A stretch of 64,000 nt of DNA, from positions 13,908-77,907 of the forward strand of contig JAQTNW010000010.1 in assembly GCA_028713655.1 (NCBI GenBank). Direction: 5' to 3'. Positions within the stretch are counted from its first letter, which is position 1. The number at the start of each line of letters is the position of its first letter. Origin of the DNA: Candidatus Methylacidiphilales bacterium (lineage in GTDB: Bacteria > Verrucomicrobiota > Verrucomicrobiia > Methylacidiphilales > JAAUTS01). Below, piece after piece: positions 1 to 10,300 of the stretch. The notes beneath the pieces are model-generated. The model made no database searches. It was given only the letters and a program-made list of their open reading frames with translations, and was not told the origin of the DNA. The position numbers and the translations under genes were made by a program.

Positions 1-1
1 C

Positions 2-427
2 ACCTTCGACATTGTTTCCGCAAAACGCGAATATCTCGGCGGCGTCATCGCCCCGGGGTTGAACGCCATGACCGATTACCTTCACGAAAAAACGGCGCTC
101 CTGCCCAAAATCACAATCCGGGAACCCCGCCACGCCATCGGCAAAAGCACGATCGAGGCCATGCGTGTGGGAGCTGTCACCGGCTATCGCGGGCTTATTC
201 AGGCCGTGCTGGATGCCATCCAAAAACAAATGCGGGCCAGGCACCTGACAGTCGTCGCCACCGGCGGACACAGCGCTTTGATTGCGCGCCACGCCCCATT
301 CATTCAAATCGTAAATCCCCTGTTGACTCTGCAGGGACTTCAGTTCATAGCGGAAAACTATTCTAATAAGTCACCTCTACCTGAAAGCAAGTCCAGCATA
401 AGGCACCGGGCTAAAAAAGCGCTCTGA
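2..427 (+). CDS. coaX: Type III pantothenate kinase, C-terminal part (5' end lies outside the window)
   Basis: The frame is open from the window edge. The translation TFDIVSAKREYLGGVIAPGLNAMTDYLHEKTALLPKI...VVATGGHSALI resembles the conserved C-terminal half of CoaX. Confidence 0.8.
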   Translation, partial: TFDIVSAKREYLGGVIAPGLNAMTDYLHEKTALLPKITIREPRHAIGKSTIEAMRVGAVTGYRGLIQAVLDAIQKQMRARHLTVVATGGHSALIARHAPFIQIVNPLLTLQGLQFIAENYSNKSPLPESKSSIRHRAKKAL

Positions 428-506
428 TAATCCTGGAATATGCTTATAAATATAATTTAGATAAAATACACTTGCCTTATATTCAATTTTTGGCATTTAT
501 TCAACC

Positions 507-1943
507 ATGTTGGCCACAAAAACTGAGCTTTTGGCCATTCTACGCCAATACAATCCATGGTGGCAGGATACCCGGTTGGTTGATCTGCCAAAATGGAAAC
601 GCGCGGCTTTTCATCAAATGTTGAATTGGATCAAGAATCCACCGGCTCACCGTGCTCTCCTGCTCAGCGGCGCGCGACAGATTGGGAAGACGACCCTGTT
701 GCTCCAGGCCATCGAAGCCCTGATTGAAAGTGGCGTACCACCGGCCAAGATTTTATATGCAACCTTTGACCACCCACTGTTGAAGCTGGCAGGCTTGGAC
801 GGACTTCTTGATTTATGGCGGGAACTGGAACCTGAGCGTAATGGAACGGAGTATCTGTTCCTTGACGAAATTCAATACACCAAAGACTGGCAAACCTGGC
901 TCAAGCATCAGGTTGATTTTTTTAAAAAACGGCAGATTATAGTAACGGGATCCGCCACGCCACTCGCGGCCGAGGGACAGGAATCAGGAGTAGGCCGCTG
1001 GCATACTCTGCGTCTGGCAACACTGTCTTTTTACGAATACCTGCAAATCAAGCAAATTGCGGTACCGGAGCTTCCCGTGGTGCAATCACTCCAGTCTTTG
1101 TTTACCTGGAGCCCCCGGCATTTTTCTGAAGTGTCCGCCCAAGCGCGCCCTCTTGTTGCGGATTTTCATGAGTACCTGCTGCGGGGCGGATTTCCGCAGA
1201 GCGCCCAGGTGGAAAGTATTGCCCAGGCTCAGAAATTGCTGCGGGAAGACATCGTGGACAAAGTCCTGAAGCGCGACATGACCGCCTTGTTTGGCGTGCG
1301 CCGGGTGTTGGAACTCGAGCAAACTTTTCTTTATCTATGCCTGCACGACGGCGGGCTGCTCGATATACCCGATCTGTGCAAAAATCTCCAAGTCAAGAAG
1401 CCGACTGCAAACAACTTTATCGCGTTGTTGGAATCAACCCATCTGATTCACCGCCTGCCGCCATTTGGCTACGGCAAGGAGATCCTGCGCGCCCGCTATA
1501 AGTTGTATCTGGCAGACGCCGCCATTGCCCCTAGTGTGATGTTAAAGGGAAAATCACTGCTCGAAGATCCGGCTGCGCTGGGTGTGGCGGTTGAAACGGC
1601 ATTCTTCAAACATGTTTACACGCGCTACTATGACCGAAGCATCGGATTTTCCTATTGGCGGGGAAAGAAAGACCACGAAGTGGATATCATCGCATCAGTT
1701 GAACAGCGTCTTGTGCCCTTCGAAATAAAATACCGCGCACAGGACACGGGGGCCGGCGACCTGAAGGGCATGCAGGAATTTTGCGCGGCAAAAGGGGTGG
1801 AACAGGGTTATGTGATCACCAAGCAAATCACAGATTTTTCAGTCATGCCCCTGCCAAAGACCGGCGTTCCTACGCATATCCTAAAAATTCCAGCCCCCCT
1901 TGCATGTTACTGGCTGGGTCGTTCCGAAGTTGAAGGTGGCTAA
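507..1943 (+). CDS. AAA+ ATPase of the AAA_14 / DUF4143 type
   Basis: The 478-aa product has Walker A GARQIGKTTLL and Walker B-like YLFLDEIQ. The length and the C-terminal winged-helix-like region are typical of AAA_14+DUF4143 proteins. The leader at 428-506 is AT-rich. Confidence 0.75.
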   Translation: MLATKTELLAILRQYNPWWQDTRLVDLPKWKRAAFHQMLNWIKNPPAHRALLLSGARQIGKTTLLLQAIEALIESGVPPAKILYATFDHPLLKLAGLDGLLDLWRELEPERNGTEYLFLDEIQYTKDWQTWLKHQVDFFKKRQIIVTGSATPLAAEGQESGVGRWHTLRLATLSFYEYLQIKQIAVPELPVVQSLQSLFTWSPRHFSEVSAQARPLVADFHEYLLRGGFPQSAQVESIAQAQKLLREDIVDKVLKRDMTALFGVRRVLELEQTFLYLCLHDGGLLDIPDLCKNLQVKKPTANNFIALLESTHLIHRLPPFGYGKEILRARYKLYLADAAIAPSVMLKGKSLLEDPAALGVAVETAFFKHVYTRYYDRSIGFSYWRGKKDHEVDIIASVEQRLVPFEIKYRAQDTGAGDLKGMQEFCAAKGVEQGYVITKQITDFSVMPLPKTGVPTHILKIPAPLACYWLGRSEVEGG

Positions 1944-1973
1944 AGATTACAGGTTTGAATATAATCCATCCCC

Positions 1974-2768
1974 ATGAATCGGATTGACACATGTTTTAAG
2001 CAGTTGGCCGCGGAAAATAAGAAGGCTTTCGTGGCCTACGTCGTGGCCGGCGACCCCCACCCTTCCAAAACGCACGGCATTGTCCTGGCGCTTGAAAAAG
2101 CCGGGGCCGACATCATTGAGCTTGGCCTCCCCTTTTCCGACCCTCTCGCAGACGGTGCCGTCAACCAACTCGGCTCCCAACGCGCGCTCGAGGCCGGCGC
2201 CACAGTCAAAGGCTTGTTTGAGGCCGTGAAGAAAATCCGCAAGGAAAGCCAGATCCCCCTCGTTCTCTTTACCTACTATAATCCCATTTTCCATCTTGGG
2301 GTCGCCGAATTTGCCCGCCAGGCGTCGGAATCCGGCATCGACGGCGTGCTCATCCTGGATTTGCCACCCGAGGAGGCGAAGGCCGAATGGCCCGCCGAGT
2401 CCGCGCTCAAGCGTATTTCCCTGATCGCACCCACCACTCCGGAAGACCGCATTCGCCAAATTGCAAAAAGCAGCTCCGGTTTCATTTATTATGTCTCAAG
2501 GGAGGGCGTCACGGGCATGCAGGACAAATTGGCTTCGGGTATCCCGGCCCAAATCTCCGCCATTCGCGCGCACACGAAGCTCCCGATTTGCGTGGGATTC
2601 GGCATTTCCAACCCCGAACAAGCCGCCGCTACAGCCGCGTTGGCCGATGGCGTCGTGGTGGGCAGCGCGATTGTGAACCGGATCGCAGAATGGGGCAAGA
2701 GCCCGGAATTACCCGCCCAACTGCGCGCCTTTGTACAACCTTTGGCCGAAGCCACTCACGCCGTATGA
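1974..2768 (+). CDS. trpA: Tryptophan synthase alpha chain
   Basis: The 264-aa product contains FVAYVVAGDP, ADIIELGLPFSDPLADG and YYVSREGVTG, which are characteristic TrpA motifs. Confidence 0.9.
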   Translation: MNRIDTCFKQLAAENKKAFVAYVVAGDPHPSKTHGIVLALEKAGADIIELGLPFSDPLADGAVNQLGSQRALEAGATVKGLFEAVKKIRKESQIPLVLFTYYNPIFHLGVAEFARQASESGIDGVLILDLPPEEAKAEWPAESALKRISLIAPTTPEDRIRQIAKSSSGFIYYVSREGVTGMQDKLASGIPAQISAIRAHTKLPICVGFGISNPEQAAATAALADGVVVGSAIVNRIAEWGKSPELPAQLRAFVQPLAEATHAV

Positions 2769-3187
2769 GCCGTTATCTTTGCCTGGACTTTGGGACCAAA
2801 CGCATCGGGGTTGCGGCCTCGGATGAAAGCCTGACGCTGGCCACTCCCATGCCCTTTATCGAAGCCTTTCCGTTCAAGCCGTTTATCAGTCAATTAAAAA
2901 AAATAATCCTGGAAAAAGAAGTTACGCTGATTGTCATCGGCATCCCCCGTAACATGGACGGCTCCTATGGCCCGGCGGCGGCAAAAGCCCAGGAATTCGT
3001 CCTCCGCCTCAAGGAAATCCTGGTCGTTCCGATAGTAACCGTCGATGAACGGCTCAGTACCGTCGAAGCCTCCCGCCGGTTGCGGGAATCGGGCAAAAAG
3101 GCAAAAGATCAAAAAGCCATTATCGACAGCAATGCGGCCCGAATTATGTTGCAAAGCTACCTTGACGCTAAATCAAATTTCATCTAG
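2765..3187 (+). CDS. ruvX: Putative pre-16S rRNA nuclease / Holliday-junction resolvase-like protein YqgF
   Basis: I chose the internal ATG at 2765, which overlaps the trpA stop as ATGA. MSRYLCLDFGTKRIGVAASD...GIPRNMDGS...VDERLST is the YqgF/RuvX signature. The longer tracked ORF (from 2387) is an out-of-frame read-through of trpA. Confidence 0.85.
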   Translation: MSRYLCLDFGTKRIGVAASDESLTLATPMPFIEAFPFKPFISQLKKIILEKEVTLIVIGIPRNMDGSYGPAAAKAQEFVLRLKEILVVPIVTVDERLSTVEASRRLRESGKKAKDQKAIIDSNAARIMLQSYLDAKSNFI

Positions 3188-3200
3188 CAATCTAGCAGTT

Positions 3201-3872
3201 ATGAAAAACGGAATAGGCAAACTCATTGGTGTATCGGCAGCGGGACTCTTTTGCATGACGCTCAGCGCTTGGGCCGGTGCGGGTGATTTATCGAAACAGG
3301 TTCTGACCAAGGTCGAGCCCGTAGCTCCGCTCTTCACGGAAGACCGGATTGAATTCCAGGCCATGCAGGGCGCCTTGTTTTCACAAAACGACATCGGGCC
3401 GAGCATACCAACCTATGATTACGCAAAAACCACCCTCCGCCTGGGCTGGATGCTGGACACACCGGCAGGCGACGGCAGTTGGTACGACGGCAACTTTGAA
3501 GCCGTGATGGAAATTTCCACCAACTTCGTCTTCAGCGGCTTCGGAAACGTCCACGTCGGCCCCACTGGTTTGGTGCGTTACAATTTCGTCCAACCCGGCT
3601 GGAAAGTGGTGCCCTACGTGCAGGGCGGCGCCGGTATTGTCTATTCCGACGGCTATCAAACCAGCTCGCAGCGCGCCCTTGGCGGATGCATTGAATTCAC
3701 GCCCCAGGCAGGCGTCGGCATTCGTTGCCTCCTCAACAACAACTGGTCGGTGGATCTGGAAGCTGATTTTGAACACATTTCAAATGCCGGCATTTATTCC
3801 CGTAACCTGGGCGTCAACGCAATCGGCGGCCAGGTCGGCTTTAGCTACTTTTTCGACAGGCTCTGGCAATAA
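3201..3872 (+). CDS. Outer-membrane acyloxyacyl hydrolase / lipid A 3-O-deacylase (PagL-like)
   Basis: I set the start at MKNGIGKLIGVSAAGLFCMTLSAWA, which looks like a signal peptide. The C-terminal FEHISNAGIYSRNLGVNAIGGQVGFSYFF matches the PagL-family HxSN catalytic motif and ends in an aromatic-rich terminal beta-strand. Confidence 0.6.
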   Translation: MKNGIGKLIGVSAAGLFCMTLSAWAGAGDLSKQVLTKVEPVAPLFTEDRIEFQAMQGALFSQNDIGPSIPTYDYAKTTLRLGWMLDTPAGDGSWYDGNFEAVMEISTNFVFSGFGNVHVGPTGLVRYNFVQPGWKVVPYVQGGAGIVYSDGYQTSSQRALGGCIEFTPQAGVGIRCLLNNNWSVDLEADFEHISNAGIYSRNLGVNAIGGQVGFSYFFDRLWQ

Positions 3873-3897
3873 TAAGAAAAATCCCGTTTACAAAAAG

Positions 3898-3926
3898 GCG
3901 CGCGGAATTCCCGTGCGCCTTTTTTG
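3898..3926 (+). terminator. Rho-independent terminator after the PagL-like gene
   Basis: The hairpin ggcgcgcgg-aatt-cccgtgcgcc has 9 pairs including one G-T. It is followed directly by tttttt. Confidence 0.6.
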
Positions 3927-4090
3927 TGTCGCCGCAGCCCGGCGTGCGGATGTAGCACGGCCGTCCCGGCTGCGGGTTTCAACAGCGTCTCGCTGCTAAA
4001 ATTGTTGCAGTCGGAGCAACTGCCAAACACAAGGATTGTCGGCTGATTTTTACAGATTCCAATCCTGCAATCCGCATTTATGCTTCTTAT

Positions 4091-4858
4091 GTGATAAAGA
4101 CGCTCAGGAACCACAAACTGTTGATCGCCTACGATGGCACCCCCTTTGCCGGCTGGCAAATCCAGGGGAAAAAGCCAACCGTCCAGGGCCATCTGGAACA
4201 GGTTCTGGCCCGCTGTTGGGGGCATCACGTCACCCTCTACGGATCGGGACGCACCGACGCCGGAGTTCACGCACACGGCCAGGTTGCCCATTTCCGTGCC
4301 GAACCCAAATTTCGCGATTTCTCCTCCCTGCAATCCGCCCTCAATTTTTATCTCCCCCGCGAAATTCGAATTCTGCAGGCCAAATACGCCCCCGAAACCT
4401 TTCACTCCCGGTTTTCCGCCAAGGGCAAGGAATACCGCTATCGGATCGCCCAAGTGCCGTTTCTGGACCCTTTTGAAATCAACCGCGCCTGGCATGTGCC
4501 GCGCAAGCTGGATATCGACGCCATGGAAAAAGCCGGGCAATTGTTCGTCGGAACCCATGACTTCGCGTCCTTTACCAGCAATCCCGGCTACAAGCGCGAA
4601 ACAACCGTCCGCAGCATCCGCAGCGTCCGCTTCCAGCAACAGGGAACGATCCTCGCCATCTCCTTCCGCGGGGAAGGGTTTCTCTACCGAATGGTCAGGA
4701 ACCTTGTCGGCGCCCTTGTCAAGATCGGCCACGGACGCATCACGCAGCAGGAACTGAAAAAAATCCTGGAGGCCCACAGCCGCAGCGCCGCTCCCAACAC
4801 CGCGCCCGCCTGCGGCCTTTATCTGGAAAAGGTTTTTTACACGGACCGCTATGTTTAA
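4091..4858 (+). CDS. truA: tRNA pseudouridine(38-40) synthase
   Basis: The product contains LLIAYDGTPFAGWQIQ and GSGRTDAGVHA (catalytic Asp motif) and is 255 aa long. Confidence 0.9.
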   Translation: MIKTLRNHKLLIAYDGTPFAGWQIQGKKPTVQGHLEQVLARCWGHHVTLYGSGRTDAGVHAHGQVAHFRAEPKFRDFSSLQSALNFYLPREIRILQAKYAPETFHSRFSAKGKEYRYRIAQVPFLDPFEINRAWHVPRKLDIDAMEKAGQLFVGTHDFASFTSNPGYKRETTVRSIRSVRFQQQGTILAISFRGEGFLYRMVRNLVGALVKIGHGRITQQELKKILEAHSRSAAPNTAPACGLYLEKVFYTDRYV

Positions 4859-5306
4859 CATCGTGCTTCTCAAGCCTGAGATCCCGCCGAACACCGGGAA
4901 CATTGCCCGGCTTTGCGCCGCCACCCGCAGCCGTCTCCATCTCATCGAGCCCCTCGGATTTTCCCTCGACGAAAAGCAATTGAAACGCGCCGGAATGGAC
5001 TACTGGGAGCATGTGGATTGGAAAACCTGGCCCGATTGGCCGACCTTTTTTGAATCGATCACGGGGCGGCGCTTTTTCCTGTTGAGCACCAAAGCCAAAA
5101 CATCCTACGCCAGCGCCCGCTTTCAGGATGGCGATTATCTGATTTTCGGCCCTGAAACCCGGGGCCTGCCGGAAAGCCTGCTGGCCGCCCACCCCGGCCA
5201 ATGCCTGACAATCCCCATGCCCAACCCCGAAGCCCGGAGCCTGAACCTCTCCACCTCCGCAGGCATCGTTCTCTACGAAGCCCTCCGCCAGACAGGAAAG
5301 ATTTAA
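4851..5306 (+). CDS. trmL: tRNA (cytidine/uridine(34)-2'-O)-methyltransferase, SpoU/TrmL family
   Basis: MFNIVLLKPEIPPNTGNIARLCAAT and the C-terminal SLNLSTSAGIVLYEA form the SPOUT knot motif. The gene overlaps truA by 8 nt. Confidence 0.85.
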   Translation: MFNIVLLKPEIPPNTGNIARLCAATRSRLHLIEPLGFSLDEKQLKRAGMDYWEHVDWKTWPDWPTFFESITGRRFFLLSTKAKTSYASARFQDGDYLIFGPETRGLPESLLAAHPGQCLTIPMPNPEARSLNLSTSAGIVLYEALRQTGKI

Positions 5307-5514
5307 CGCAGAGGGCATAAGAAGCCAAGGCGCAGATAACCTTTGTTATTTACAATGAAGGACACAAAGACTTTATCCGCAGATTATGAGGATTTTCACA
5401 GATTGCATTTTTTGAATTCTTTCCGTTCCTATGCGACTCTATTTAATTTTTTCACTCGCCGAAAAATGTCTTTTGGTGTTCCCGCGCCTTTGCGTCTTAT
5501 GCCCTTTGCGTTAA
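5303..5514. repeat. IR-bounded miniature unit (31-bp imperfect terminal inverted repeats)
   Basis: The reverse complement of ttaacgcagagggcataagaagccaaggcgc (5303-5333) matches gcgcctttgcgtcttatgccctttgcgttaa (5484-5514) at about 27 of 31 positions. The interior carries other family motifs (tttcacagattgcatttttt). Confidence 0.7.
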
Positions 5515-5587
5515 ATCCTGTTTTTTACGGCGCCTCCGCGCCGAACCCGTCATTGACTCCGCAGCCTGTTGTGCCGAAAATACAGCC

Positions 5588-6688
5588 ATGATCCGTGTAC
5601 TCGGCTGCGCGGCCCTGCTTGGAATGCTTTCAATGCCCGCCCCGGCGTGGTCCGAAGTCACGCCCAAAATCAAACCTGTCACTGCCGCCAAAAAACATGT
5701 CCCGCCCGTCCCCGATCTGCCCCCGCAGGCCCTGAAAGCCGCCGACACCTATTCGATCCGGCATCGCGGACTCGCCCTCCTCGTCATTCAAAACAACCGC
5801 ATCCTGCTTGAAGACTACCAGGAGGGAAGCGGGCAGGACGTCAAACACCGGATCTACAGCGGCACAAAAGGATTCTGGACTCTGGCCGGCCTCGCGGCGA
5901 CCGAGGACGGACTGCTTCATCTCAATGAACCCGTTGCCGATACTCTCCCCCAGTGGTATGTCGATCCCAGAAAGGCGCCTCTGTGCCTCTGCGAACTGCT
6001 CAATTTTACCAGCGGCTTGGAACCCGATTTTCCGCTTCACGGGATCGATGGCTCCAATCGCGACACCCGCGCCATGCGGGACAAAATACTCGCGCCACGC
6101 GGCCAGGCTTTTATCTACGGGCCTGCCGCCATGCAGGTTTTTCATGAAGTCCTCAAGCACCGCCTGGCGGATTGGAACGAAACGCCCACTGAATACCTCG
6201 AGCGCCGCGTTCTGTACCCGCTCGGGCTCGGCCCGCAACGCTACCTGCCCGACAGCGACAACAACCCTCTCATCGCATCGGGTTTTATGATTACCGCTCG
6301 CGAATGGGCGGCGATGGGGCGCTGCCTTCTCCATCGGGGCTGGCCAATCCTCGCAAACAATTCCCTGACACCGGCTTTACGGGGCAGCAGCGTCAACCCG
6401 GCGTACAGCCTTGGTTTCTGGAACAACCATGCGGTCACGGCTCCGGATGCCAATGAAGTCGATATCGAGGAAATGCTGGAACTCGATTGGTACCGGCAGA
6501 ACTGGAGTCATGCCGTGCTGTCGCTAGCCGCGCCGCCCGATCTGTTTGCCAGCATCGGTTCGGCGGGGCAGCGGCTCTACGTCGTCCCGTCCAGGAATCT
6601 TGTCGTCGTCCGCCTCTCCCGCGACAGCCATTTCAAGGACTCCGAGTTCCTCCAATGCCTCTTCGGGAATCCCCAGTCACTGCAATAG
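5588..6688 (+). CDS. Secreted serine hydrolase, beta-lactamase-related family
   Basis: The signal peptide is MIRVLGCAALLGMLSMPAPAWS. An SxxK motif (YSGTKGFW) is present, and the 366-aa length fits the family. Confidence 0.7.
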   Translation: MIRVLGCAALLGMLSMPAPAWSEVTPKIKPVTAAKKHVPPVPDLPPQALKAADTYSIRHRGLALLVIQNNRILLEDYQEGSGQDVKHRIYSGTKGFWTLAGLAATEDGLLHLNEPVADTLPQWYVDPRKAPLCLCELLNFTSGLEPDFPLHGIDGSNRDTRAMRDKILAPRGQAFIYGPAAMQVFHEVLKHRLADWNETPTEYLERRVLYPLGLGPQRYLPDSDNNPLIASGFMITAREWAAMGRCLLHRGWPILANNSLTPALRGSSVNPAYSLGFWNNHAVTAPDANEVDIEEMLELDWYRQNWSHAVLSLAAPPDLFASIGSAGQRLYVVPSRNLVVVRLSRDSHFKDSEFLQCLFGNPQSLQ

Positions 6689-7220
6689 CACGGGTTCTCG
6701 CGCAAAGCCGCAAAGCAAATCATTTTTAACCGCAGATGGACGCGGATAAACACAGATGAAAAAAAAACGGAAAATATCCCCCTTATCAGCTCTCCGCTAT
6801 ACACAAGTACTGGATCGCCACGGCCCATGATGGGCCTCGCGATGACGAACAGATCGAGTCTGCATACTTCGCCGGCACTACACCCCACGCACCCGTGTCA
6901 CTGCGAGGAAGGCTTGCCCGACGCGGCAGTCCAGAGGCCATGTGGCCGATATCTGCAATGCCGTCTCGTTAATTTCGGAAAGCAATTTGGAGAGTAGAAA
7001 GCCATAAGCAGCATATAACATATCAATATATTCTTCATGTGTTATAATTGATAAGGATTTTGATACTTCCGAAAGGCTATTACGTCCAGACACTGGAGGA
7101 AAGCCGAAACCCAAAGCGGTGTCGGTCGGGTGGCTGCCCGACTTGCCACCGCACTCCACATCCAATCGCCTCTCATCCTGTTAATCCTGTCAAAAATGTG
7201 TTTTGCTTTGTGTCTCTTTC

Positions 7221-7310
7221 CTATCCGTATCCATCCGCGTTATCCGTGGTTAAAATGTTTTCCTCTGTGTTCTGTGGCCAAAACTTCGCGGCTTGGCATC
7301 TTTGCGCGAG
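7221..7310. repeat. Composite ~100-bp repeat (atccgtggt...ctgtggccaaa...ttgcg), copy 1
   Basis: It is co-linear with 34695-34801 in the same orientation. It ends a few nt from the stop codon of addA (minus strand). Confidence 0.75.
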
Positions 7311-7313
7311 AAA

Positions 7314-10300
7314 TCAAACCTCAATCCGCTGCCCGGTCGCGGTGCTGTACAAAATCCGGCGCGTCACACTGCGCCCCAGCCGCTTTTCCAGCATGTCCCC
7401 ATACGCCGACAACTGCGCCGCATAAATCGACTTCAACCTCGCCGCAAAATCCTTTTCCGTTTCGTCCGGCTTGCAGCGATTTGTTTTCCAATCCACCACC
7501 CCGCATTTTCCTTCTGCATCCACCACAATAAGGTCGATGACGCCTTCCATTATTGCCTCGGGCGACAGCGGGGCCGAAAACGGGATTTCGCTCAGGAAAA
7601 CCGATTCGGACCCCAGCAATTCCTTGTAAAACGGTCCGGCAAGAAACAATTCCATCTCCTTGAAACCTCTTTCCCGAAATCCAGCCGGCGCGAGCGCGCA
7701 TTTTTCGCGCAAATAATCCCCATGCCCGCCCTGAGACGACTTCCACGGGAACTGTTCCATAACTTCATGCCACCAGGTGCCATACTCCATTCCGCCCACA
7801 ACTGTCTCCATCCCGGCCTCAACGCGGAACTCATTCCCGTCCCCGTGAGCCGCCAGTTTATGGGGAAGCACCATCCTGACAATCTGTTTGGCGGAATCAA
7901 CGGCCTTCCGGATCAAATCCGCATCAAGCGCCGGCTCCACGCCGCGCTCCGTGCCGATCCCGGCTTCAGGCATAAAATCCGTCTCCCCAATCGAGTCTTT
8001 CCAATCCACTTCCTCCCTGCGGATCAAACCCAAAAAACTGGGGGTGCTGCGTTTGTAAAAGCCCTGGCTGTCCGGCAGTACCAGCAATCGCCGCGCCCGC
8101 GTCATCATGACATAAAACAAGCGCTGGAATTCCAGGTCGCGCGCTTCCTGTCTTCGGGTTTTGTTCTCCTCAGTCATCGTCAGCGGATTAAAATGCGCCT
8201 GCAGTCGCCCCTCTAACTTTTCAATCAACGGATACTCGGTTCTGTGCTGTCCGATCATTCTTCCCAAACCGGGCGCCACCACCACCGGCCATTCGAGCCC
8301 CTTTGCCTTCATCGAAGTCAGCAACTGGATTTCAGCCGACCCGCCCGTGGCAATCCGCGGCGATTTGCCCAGCTCATTTTTCAATCCATCAACCCAATCC
8401 AAAAAATCGACCCCTTCAGCTTCCGCAATCAACGCGGCGCGGCGCAATTCCTGCAACGGCTCCGCTTCCTCGCCAATGGCCAGAATCCTTTTCTCCAACG
8501 CCATCCGTTCCAGCAGCAGCTCAATAAAACGGCTCAACCGAAATATGCCGTCAGCTTGTTGCTTAAGCCATTCTCCTCGCAGCTCTCGAAGCTCCGCAAG
8601 CGCCTTCGCGGTCCGCTCAAAACACATGGCCGCCGAATTCAAATTCAATCCTTCCGGGCGCTCCTGATGCACCCGCAGCAATTCGTCATCCGCAATTCCG
8701 TAAATTTCCCGCAAAACACCTATCAACTCGAAGCGGTCAGACGGGTGCAGCAAAACCCATAACAAGGCCACGGGCCAACTGTAACCCGGCAATTCGGAGC
8801 GCTGCTCCTTGGATGAAACCATCCGGACCGGCAGCCCGGCGGTTTTGAGTTCTGACGACATGACCGACAACCAGTCAATGCGGGGACAGAGCACGGCAGC
8901 CTCCGACCAACTTGAAATTCCAAGTCCCTTCAGTCCCTGCTCCGCCATCCACGCCGACACCTGCCTCGCCTCCTCGCGAAACAATTCTGCGACCTTGCCG
9001 TCCTCCGGCGCTTTCAAATTCAAGATACGAACCCCTCCTTCCGGCGCATCGGGTCGCGGCTCCAGTCTCCTAAAATGCACCAAAGGCTGGTCCAATCTTC
9101 CTGGAAAAACCGTGTTGACCGCGCGGATCACGGCCTGCGGGCATCTCATTGTCACGGAAAAATTCAGGACCTGCCCCCCCTTCCCGCTTTGAAAGGCACT
9201 GACAAACTTGTGATATTGGGCCAGGTCCGCCCGCTTGCTGTAGATGGTTTGCTGGTCGTCTCCCACAAAACAAAACGATCCGGGGCGGGGCGGAGCGGCC
9301 TCCGTCTTTGTCGGCCACTCATATAGCTCCGCCGCTCCCGGGCGCGTGAGTTCTGTGAGGATGGCGAACATGCTGGAATCGGTATCCTGGGCCTCGTCCA
9401 GAATCACGATAAAATCCCGCTCCCGCAACCGCTGCAGCACCTTTTTGTTATCGAGCAGTTTTTTCGCCCATGCCACCATGTCGTCGTAGGTCAGATAGCC
9501 CTGGGCAACCCGGTAATCGCGATAACACAACGCCACCAGGGCCGCGAGATGGGAGGCGCAGGTGTTCAGCCAACTGACATACGGCTGGAACCCATTCCGA
9601 ACGGCTTCAGCAAACTCCTTCCCGCCCTGCTCATAATGCGGCAGTTCGAGATAACCGTCATCCGACTCATAATCTTTCAGCCATTGCCGGAGATGTTCCT
9701 GGTGCCGGGCCAGCGTCTCGACGGCTTTGCCGCGCGTCTTCGCTTCAAATGCGCCGCTTAAATCCAACACCGGGCCGGACCGGGCCGGCGCCCGCCCGGC
9801 GATTGCCTCAGCGGCATCCGGCGGCATTTCCCTGGCGAGCTTGAGGATTTGCTCAAAGGTATAATGCCGCAACACACGGGCCGGAATTTCCGGGTCCACC
9901 GTTTCCGGCCAGGCATAATCCGTTTCCACAAAGCGGTACCAAAGCCGCTCATCGTCTTCCTCCAGCAATTGAACGCTGGACGGCAGACCCAAATGCCTGC
10001 CTTCCTCCCGCAACAGCCTCAAACAAAAACTGTGGATGGTGCCGAAATAAGCCCGGTTGAATTCCCCCAGCACCTGTTGCCGCCGGCCGGCATCGCCTGA
10101 CAAATGACGGAACATCTCCTGGCGCGTCCGCACCCGCAGCTCTTCCGCCGCCAGCACACCATACGTCACCACGGCCAGGCGCGGCAGGCAACTGGGTTCG
10201 CCGCGGAGAATCCGAGCTTCCTCCCGGCAGGCCAGCGCGACGATTCTTTGGACGATCGCCGTGGTCTTGCCCGCGCCCGCGCTGGCGGAAACGCAAAAGT

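Noticed and set aside
3845-4945. A 366-aa ORF on the minus strand.
   Set aside because: It lies entirely antisense to truA and the start of trmL, both of which have clear family motifs. Its Gly/Ala/Arg-rich composition is typical of high-GC shadow frames.
5343-5591. An 82-aa ORF between trmL and the serine hydrolase gene.
   Set aside because: It is built almost entirely from repeat-family sequence inside an IR-bounded unit. The same applies to many 60-100 aa ORFs in the intergenic regions at 6.5-7.5, 13.6-13.9, 31.6-32.1, 39.8-40.3 and 60.9-62.0 kb.
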